DNA of 29,742 bases from a virus. Its lineage: Duplodnaviria; Caudoviricetes. The notes beneath the pieces are model-generated. The model was not told the DNA's origin. It worked only from the letters and a program-made list of their open reading frames with translations, and made no database searches. A program made the translations under genes and the position numbers. The stretch is from positions 1 to 29,742 of the IMG/VR virus record IMGVR_UViG_3300044676_002816; one strand, given 5' to 3'. Of the stretch, positions 23,888 to 29,742 are shown in pieces. Within the stretch, counting starts at the first letter, position 1; every line of letters begins with the position of its first letter.

Positions 23888-25825
23888 TTACGGCCCTGTC
23901 AAGTAGGCGTCGATAGCATCCATCCCGGGGATGGCGTTGTACGATGTGACCGTGTAGTAATCCGCCTGAGTAATTGGTAGTAATCCCAAAAACGTATTAC
24001 CCAAAACTGCCCTAGTGCGCTGGTAGTCCTCGGTATACACAGAGATGGAATCAAAAGGATTACCCGTGTTCTCTCCCTCAGAAGACCAGTTGTAATCACC
24101 AGTTCTGCTGGTCCCCGCCGGGTTGGATATCCAACCACCATTAACGAATGACCCGTCAAAGTAGTTACCAAGACGGTTTCTTTCTGCAAGTAAATACTTA
24201 AGGCTATAGGTGCTTACTGATTCAAGGTCGACAACAAACTCAATAAAACCTATAGTCCAATCTCCCGCTAGGTTATCGTTAGCAACAATCTCTATAGCGG
24301 GAGAATCTTGGGCCTTAGTTAGAGCAGCAGATTCACCTATAACATTCCCAGAAGAATCTACCAGTCTTGCGTACTTCAAAGCAGAGGTACCGAGGGTACT
24401 ATGCACTGAAAACGCTAACCTATCAGCCGCCTGAACGGGTACGGGACAATCAATGTGGAACATAACGTGGTTGACGCCAACCGATGCGCCAGAACCATTA
24501 GGAACATACTCCGTGCCTGAGGCCACACTGTAAGTAGTGTAGGAGGAATAGTTATCAGCGTTGAAGGCGTAACCACTAACCCCAAACTTTCCCACACCGT
24601 TCTTCTCGTAGTAGACAATGTAATCACCAACATCGGCAGTTATGCCTTCCACAGTTCCAGCAGAAGCCGCCGTCCAGTACATGCCCGGAAGGTACTCTTC
24701 CCCATAGAAAGGTTGTGGATAGGTAGCGGGAGTCCCTGAAACATACGTTGAGGCGTCGTAAGTACCACGGCTATAGCGAAGCCGCTCAACCTCTACCTCG
24801 TGCGCTGGCCGTGAGGTTACCTGCCCAGTAGCGTCAAGGGGGTCGGTGAAGTAATTGACCCGCTGAGCGAAGAACTTCAGAGAACGAGTGACTTGGTCTA
24901 CCTCTACATCGGACGCTGCGATTGCTCTTCCGTAAGACTCTGTTCCTTCAAGCGTACCCTTAGCCCTACGAATGTAACCAATGTCATCAAGAAGGGCACG
25001 GAGACGCTCGGAACTCAGTGAAGAACTGCTGTACCCCACACCCATAGTGGAGGCCACGGCATCCAGAACTTCGGTATTTGCTTCAGCCGGGTCTCTGGAG
25101 ACCATCAGATAGTCGATTATAGTGCGAACACGGTCCATCTCAAACCCAAATATGGATAAGAACTTATACAAAGGACCCACGACGTTTCCGACTGGTAGAG
25201 AACCATACTCCACGGTAGCCAACGAAGAGGCTGGGTCTACGGTGTCACCTATACGAGTATCTAACTCACGATAATATTGAGGAATTCTGTTCCACAGTAA
25301 GTTTGTAGAACCGTAGTTTTTAGGGGTAAGAACTTCTAGATTAGCAACTCTCTCGTAGAAATCAACTCCAGAGTCTGACTGGTACCTAACAAACAAAGAG
25401 TAGTAAGCCCAGCGCCCTTGTGTAAGACCAGAGTGCTCGTACTTAAACTCGGTAGACGATTGAACCAGCGTGGTTCCAGAACTAATAGTGGCTGGAGGCC
25501 CAGATGGCGAGTAAACTAGAACGCCCTGTGTGGCTACAGTGGTCGCCCCGATCTCCGATTCCAGAGGTAACTCCCACGACAGGTCTACTACTCCGTACGC
25601 TGGGGTAGTTGCCACTATAAACGATTCAACGAACTCATTCGGGGGGATCTGGTACTGATCGGACTTTAGATACTGATCGGTATCTCTTACATCCTCGTAA
25701 ATCCAAGTACCAGCAGAGGCGGCATTGCCAGCAGAGGCGGCGGTGCCAAAAGTATCAGCGTCATACCTAGCGTAAGAACCCCTGTCAATGACAGAGCGCC
25801 TAAGGGTAAACGATACAAAAGCCAT
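23888..25825 (-). CDS. Baseplate/tail protein with a P2 gpI-like domain
   Basis: LWNRIPQYYR..D...LYKFLSIFG...LDAVASTMG...RRAKGTLEG; directly follows the J-like gene; beta-rich. Confidence 0.75.
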   Translation of the reverse strand: MAFVSFTLRRSVIDRGSYARYDADTFGTAASAGNAASAGTWIYEDVRDTDQYLKSDQYQIPPNEFVESFIVATTPAYGVVDLSWELPLESEIGATTVATQGVLVYSPSGPPATISSGTTLVQSSTEFKYEHSGLTQGRWAYYSLFVRYQSDSGVDFYERVANLEVLTPKNYGSTNLLWNRIPQYYRELDTRIGDTVDPASSLATVEYGSLPVGNVVGPLYKFLSIFGFEMDRVRTIIDYLMVSRDPAEANTEVLDAVASTMGVGYSSSSLSSERLRALLDDIGYIRRAKGTLEGTESYGRAIAASDVEVDQVTRSLKFFAQRVNYFTDPLDATGQVTSRPAHEVEVERLRYSRGTYDASTYVSGTPATYPQPFYGEEYLPGMYWTAASAGTVEGITADVGDYIVYYEKNGVGKFGVSGYAFNADNYSSYTTYSVASGTEYVPNGSGASVGVNHVMFHIDCPVPVQAADRLAFSVHSTLGTSALKYARLVDSSGNVIGESAALTKAQDSPAIEIVANDNLAGDWTIGFIEFVVDLESVSTYSLKYLLAERNRLGNYFDGSFVNGGWISNPAGTSRTGDYNWSSEGENTGNPFDSISVYTEDYQRTRAVLGNTFLGLLPITQADYYTVTSYNAIPGMDAIDAYLTGP

Positions 25826-27306
25826 TAGGTGCTAGTGACCCCGCCGATGGCAGTAACCGCTACCGCTCCCTTCTTGGGAAGACTGGTAGCACCCACTGTA
25901 ATAGAGGTCTCAACTGCGGAGCCACCGGATTCATCAAACAAAGTTATCTCGGCATAATCGACCCCAAACTGGCTAAGGATAGACCTGTAAACCTGCCCAA
26001 GGGATAGGGTTTGCCCAAAGGAGACGCTGTCGAAACTAAGGATATTGTTGATTGCTTCTTCAACGTCGTTTTTAACATATAGAGCAACGGCGTTCTCGTT
26101 GACATAAACATTCACATTTATGTTTATTTGCGTCCAAGTAATAGTTGGAGCCGCTACCACGTCAATGCCTAGCATGGCTTTTGGTTGGATTGCACTGACT
26201 ATTGCAGCCTGTGTTTCAGCACTAACTGTCTGAGATACATCCGAAGTAGTTAGATAGTCATTCGTCCTGTTGGTTTGTCCGTAAACAGTAACGCTTGCGT
26301 TACCAGCAGATGCTCCCCCAGCAGGATTAGGTGTGTAACTAACCGCAGCCTTAGATACACCGTCAACACTTAGAGCAAGATTAACGAAGTCGGCTTTTGT
26401 AACAGCCCTATTTTGTGCCGTAGTGAGGGCAGGTATAGAGGACTTCATTGAAGGAATAGATTCGGCGTCTACTCCGCCAGAAAAGGCAGACGAAGATGTA
26501 ATAGAAATTCCAGCGGGGTTTGCATCCCTAAAAGCAGTAACCGAGTTGGCAGGTAGATTGCCACCAGAACCGCTTGAGTAAGAGTAAATCGCTGTAATGG
26601 TGGAGCCGGGGGGAGGTATAAAGCCTCTCACCTCTGTGCCGAACACTACATCGATATCCCCGTTAGCAGTTGTTTGTAGGCTGTAAACCCTATCTCCAGA
26701 CACGGCGTTGGACAGACGAGTTACCTTACGATAAGTAGTAGGCGTAATGCCATCCTCGTAAACAGTAATTACTACTGAATTTCTAACAACTTCCTGATTA
26801 GTGAGGGTGTACCTCTGGGAAGAAAGGCCTGAGGCAGAGTTGGTCAGTGTCTCCGCAGGGGAGTAAACAAGAGTACCTTCCTTGACGGTGATGTTTTGGG
26901 TGCTGTTTGCGGGCACAGTTGCCGAAGAAGGAGAATACGCTTGGTAAGTCTTGTTGTCGTATCTAGCAATAAACTTTGTGTACTGAGGCACAACAATGTC
27001 AATACTGCTGCTGTTGGTAAGCAGCACCGTAGCCTCAGCGCCTGTTCTACCGCTTGGCTCGTAGTCAAGAAGATTAGCAAAAGCCAGTACGGACTCTCGC
27101 TGAGTAGCGGTGGGGAGCACCGACTCCCCCGCAGCACGGTCGACGTAGTAATGAAGGACATCGCCCATGTACGCCCACAGGTCTACAAGGACCATACCAA
27201 AGTCGGATGCGTTGCGGTCAGTCCATTCGGGGGCAATGCGGGAAGCCCTAGCCAACAAGTCGGCTTTAATGGTGCTGTAATCTCTGCTGGAATAATCAAA
27301 GGCCAT
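25825..27306 (-). CDS. Baseplate wedge protein (J-like / T4 gp6-like)
   Basis: DYSSRDY...PEWTD..SDFG..L.DL.AYMGD.LHYY.DR...E..L.TA; FG....G..P; GGVDAES; NRAVT..DF. Confidence 0.9.
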   Translation of the reverse strand: MAFDYSSRDYSTIKADLLARASRIAPEWTDRNASDFGMVLVDLWAYMGDVLHYYVDRAAGESVLPTATQRESVLAFANLLDYEPSGRTGAEATVLLTNSSSIDIVVPQYTKFIARYDNKTYQAYSPSSATVPANSTQNITVKEGTLVYSPAETLTNSASGLSSQRYTLTNQEVVRNSVVITVYEDGITPTTYRKVTRLSNAVSGDRVYSLQTTANGDIDVVFGTEVRGFIPPPGSTITAIYSYSSGSGGNLPANSVTAFRDANPAGISITSSSAFSGGVDAESIPSMKSSIPALTTAQNRAVTKADFVNLALSVDGVSKAAVSYTPNPAGGASAGNASVTVYGQTNRTNDYLTTSDVSQTVSAETQAAIVSAIQPKAMLGIDVVAAPTITWTQININVNVYVNENAVALYVKNDVEEAINNILSFDSVSFGQTLSLGQVYRSILSQFGVDYAEITLFDESGGSAVETSITVGATSLPKKGAVAVTAIGGVTST

Positions 27307-27692
27307 TAGAGCGGACTCTCCTCAGTTAATGTCGCAGTAATCGTGAAAGTCAAAGTCTGGACCGGACTTAGCGGGAGAGAGTAATAAACAAATACATCAG
27401 CGGTGCTTTCATCCACGAAGTTCTGCTGTACTCTGATGTCGTGGATTGTAACTCCACTGACTCTCCTGTGGACCTCGGTAATGGCGTCGGTCTTAAAGTC
27501 GGCCTCAACTAGTTCATCGATAGGTTCAAATAGTAAGCCCTTTATACCTGCTCCATAATTTGGCGTCCCAAACCGTTCGTGTGGGATGGTCGTCAATACA
27601 TCTATGATCTTCTGTCTGGCAATGGAGTCTACATCAGTCGTAGCCCCTACCCTCCCTCCACTGAACTGAAAAGGGATTGAGATGTTTTTCAT
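27306..27692 (-). CDS. Baseplate gp25/GpW-like protein
   Basis: ISIPF...I.Q.I..VLTT...ER...PNYG.G...LLFEP. Confidence 0.9.
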   Translation of the reverse strand: MKNISIPFQFSGGRVGATTDVDSIARQKIIDVLTTIPHERFGTPNYGAGIKGLLFEPIDELVEADFKTDAITEVHRRVSGVTIHDIRVQQNFVDESTADVFVYYSLPLSPVQTLTFTITATLTEESPL

Positions 27693-27700
27693 CTGTTACC

Positions 27701-28684
27701 TCAGCCAAACATAGCGGCGAAGGTCTTGGGGCCGACTACGCCGTCAACCGTAAGACCATTAGCCTTCTGCCACTCCTTGACACGGCGCTCAGTGGCGGGG
27801 CCGAACCAGCCATCCGGTGTGGCTCCGACCTTCTCCTGAACTGCCTTGACATGATCACCACGGGTGCCCCTCTGCATGTTGCCGGGGAACTCAAGCGCAG
27901 GCTTCTTCTCGGGGCCAATCTTCACCGAGGCAATCGGCTCAGGAGCAGGCTCAGCAGGCTTACAGGCACAGTTCTTGGCGTGCTTATCGGAGCCGGGACC
28001 CCAAATGCCATCGACATGCTGGTCATGCTCGGCCTGCCATGCCCGGACGGCCTCTGCCGTCTTGGGACCGTACTTGCCGTCCACGGGGGTAGCCCCGACG
28101 ATCTCCTGAACCTTCTTGACACCCGCACCGGAGGAGCCGACTTGGAACCACGGCTTCTTTCCGGGGGGAGCCTTAGGCGTAGCCTTGGCAGGAGCAGGAG
28201 CAACAGCGACCGGCGGGTCACCCAACAGGCGCTTCATCGTGTCGATGTAGTACTGGGGATCGTCTGCCTTGGTGTTCGACACCTCGACGTGTACCCAATC
28301 TCCTCCGGGGGCACCGCTAAAAGCGGCCTTGTCATAGACCTGCCACGCCGCGCGGTCGCACTTCCACCCACGACCGTGGGGGGCGGGGTAGTAGTCGAAG
28401 ATGGCCTCAACGTGGAGGGCATCTGCATTGGCGGCGAGGAAGTCCATCATCTTACAGGCGGCTTCGTAGTTGCCGGGACCACGGTAAGGTGCGCCTCGCC
28501 AACTAAGGTCCCCCGCCCTACCCGTCGCATGGACGGAGTAAGATGACTTCCCCCTCTTCTTACGGACGCCAAACGTACCGTTGTTCCATAGGCCGAAGTG
28601 GGCCTCCAGCAGGTCAATGAACGTCTCAAATCCCGCCCGCTTACCGGGGGCGACAGTATCGAAGCCGGTATACGGACGGCCCAT
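27701..28684 (-). CDS. Endolysin: M15-like Zn peptidase domain plus two peptidoglycan-binding domains
   Basis: SVHATGRAGD...WVHVE; AP-rich linkers; repeated V..VQ...G..(V/P)DG..GP.T...V..WQ. Confidence 0.85.
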   Translation of the reverse strand: MGRPYTGFDTVAPGKRAGFETFIDLLEAHFGLWNNGTFGVRKKRGKSSYSVHATGRAGDLSWRGAPYRGPGNYEAACKMMDFLAANADALHVEAIFDYYPAPHGRGWKCDRAAWQVYDKAAFSGAPGGDWVHVEVSNTKADDPQYYIDTMKRLLGDPPVAVAPAPAKATPKAPPGKKPWFQVGSSGAGVKKVQEIVGATPVDGKYGPKTAEAVRAWQAEHDQHVDGIWGPGSDKHAKNCACKPAEPAPEPIASVKIGPEKKPALEFPGNMQRGTRGDHVKAVQEKVGATPDGWFGPATERRVKEWQKANGLTVDGVVGPKTFAAMFG

Positions 28685-28686
28685 GA

Positions 28687-28908
28687 TCAGCCGAGGTTGA
28701 CAGCCGAAGCCGACTTGTCGCCAACCTTGCTGGCGGCAAACGACTTCACGAACGAGAGAACACCAGCAGCAATAGCGGCCTTGATGGCGTCCGAAACGTC
28801 CACGGACAGGATGTCAAGAGCGTCGGTACCAACGAGGGCAACGAACGTCTGAGCGACGGTCGAAACCGCACGCTCACCGGCATCCTTGAGGAACTTGGGG
28901 TTGAACAT
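28687..28908 (-). CDS. Holin (r1t-like)
   Basis: FLKDAGERAVSTVAQTFVAL...AAIAAGVLSFVKSFA; GGAGG SD; directly upstream of the endolysin. Confidence 0.85.
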   Translation of the reverse strand: MFNPKFLKDAGERAVSTVAQTFVALVGTDALDILSVDVSDAIKAAIAAGVLSFVKSFAASKVGDKSASAVNLG

Positions 28909-28943
28909 ATGAATACCTCCGATAGGGGGTTGTTACAGGGGTA

Positions 28944-28954
28944 ACCCTAGCACA
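28944..28954 (-). promoter_or_regulatory. Extended -10 upstream of holin-endolysin
   Basis: TGTGCTAGGGT in the intergenic gap. Confidence 0.5.
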
Positions 28955-28966
28955 GATGTGTGTAGG

Positions 28967-29236
28967 TTACTGTGTTTCTCTCTTGATGCGGGCACCAAGA
29001 AAAGCCTCGTCAATCTCTTCCTTCGTGAGAGTTCCGTCGATACTGGCTCGGGCCAGTTTCTCAGCGACCTGAGCAACAGCAACGAATCCAGCCAAAAGAG
29101 CGGCCTTATGCATCTCAATGTCGCCAATGATGGCGGCACCCGAGATAATGCTAAGAGCAGAAGCCATAAACGTGGCGACCATACGAATAGCCACGTCGCG
29201 GATCATGCTGATCGTCTTTTTAGTCATCTCCATCAT
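28967..29236 (-). CDS. Holin-like two-TM membrane protein
   Basis: RMVATFMASALSIISGAAI...AALLAGFVAVAQV.E.LARA..DG.LT.EEI..AF; the start may be 29227. Confidence 0.72.
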   Translation of the reverse strand: MMEMTKKTISMIRDVAIRMVATFMASALSIISGAAIIGDIEMHKAALLAGFVAVAQVAEKLARASIDGTLTKEEIDEAFLGARIKRETQ

Positions 29237-29396
29237 CCTTCATGAGTATAAACCCTGCGAGGTGGGCTAGGAGGGAGATAACGCTGATCCACAGGGCATA
29301 CTTCAGGACATCTCCAGAAAGGGTTATGAGGACCAATCCCGTACCTGAGACGGTCCAGATGAGGGCGTGGCCCTCCCTAAACAAACGCTTGAACAT
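29220..29396 (-). CDS. Small two-TM membrane protein (58 aa), below the ORF-track cutoff
   Basis: MFKRLFREGHALIWTVSGTGLVLITLSGDVLKYALWISVISLLAHLAGFILMKDDGDD; TGATG overlap. Confidence 0.75.
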   Translation of the reverse strand: MFKRLFREGHALIWTVSGTGLVLITLSGDVLKYALWISVISLLAHLAGFILMKDDGDD

Positions 29397-29742
29397 CAGC
29401 GTCTCCTCCTGCCACCGCCAGAAGCGGGGGCGGCTATGGACGCCGAAAGTGTGGCCGTTACGGCAACTACGATCCTTCGATCCTCAACACTAATTTTGGA
29501 CCCAGAAGGTATGTAGTTGTCGAAGTCTCCAGAGAATACGTTGACTTCTGCCTCAAACTCTTCTTTGACCTCGTCTGGAGCGGCAGATAACGCCTCGCTG
29601 ATGACCTCTAAGGTCTCCTCATCAAGGCTCTCAAACTCTTCGTTGTTTACCAGATCCTGAACCGCATCTACAGTTACTTCGACATCTGTGCTGATTATCT
29701 CAGCCACGGATTCGGCAAGTTCTTTATTACTTACCCTACCTA
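29396..29742 (-). CDS. C-terminal part of an acidic protein with a hydrophobic tail and RRRR end (5' truncated)
   Basis: The frame is open to the window edge; E/D-rich helices, then RRIVVAVTATLSASIAAPASGGGRRRR. Confidence 0.75.
   Translation of the reverse strand, partial: GRVSNKELAESVAEIISTDVEVTVDAVQDLVNNEEFESLDEETLEVISEALSAAPDEVKEEFEAEVNVFSGDFDNYIPSGSKISVEDRRIVVAVTATLSASIAAPASGGGRRRR

Noticed and set aside
22991-23980. 329-aa plus-strand ORF
   Set aside because: Antisense shadow of the 240-aa minus-strand gene, caused by its biased codon usage; V/H/G/D/L-rich with no motifs.
27677-28546. 289-aa plus-strand ORF (and the other plus-strand ORFs in the track)
   Set aside because: Fully antisense to well-supported minus-strand genes; no SD or recognisable domains.

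Overview
A 29.7-kb, gene-dense segment of a tailed dsDNA phage with a contractile-type baseplate. The host is most likely an actinobacterium (two WhiB genes, r1t-like holin, extended -10 and leaderless promoters). Every credible gene is on the minus strand, and most are coupled by overlapping stop/start codons. In transcription order (right to left): the end of an acidic membrane-anchored protein; small membrane proteins/holins; an endolysin; baseplate genes (gp25-like, J/gp6-like, gpI-like); a replication block (DnaC-like loader, DnaB, primase, SNF2 helicase, MerR-like HTH, SSB, family-A polymerase); a recombination block (RecA, two resolvase-like nucleases, Cas4-like nuclease); a SpoVS homolog; a ~5-kb run of small low-complexity orphan proteins; and a cluster with a HAD-like protein, a degenerate TGT-like protein, two WhiB and a glycosyltransferase. 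Most notable observations: (1) an exact 38-bp direct repeat carrying stop+RBS+'MPHSPEHMH' that makes one orphan gene an excisable cassette with a shared leader; (2) a perfect 16-bp hairpin that buries the RBS and start codon of the DNA polymerase; (3) a possible pseudo-enzyme/modification cluster next to the glycosyltransferase. All functional calls come from motif recognition by eye; no database searches were run.
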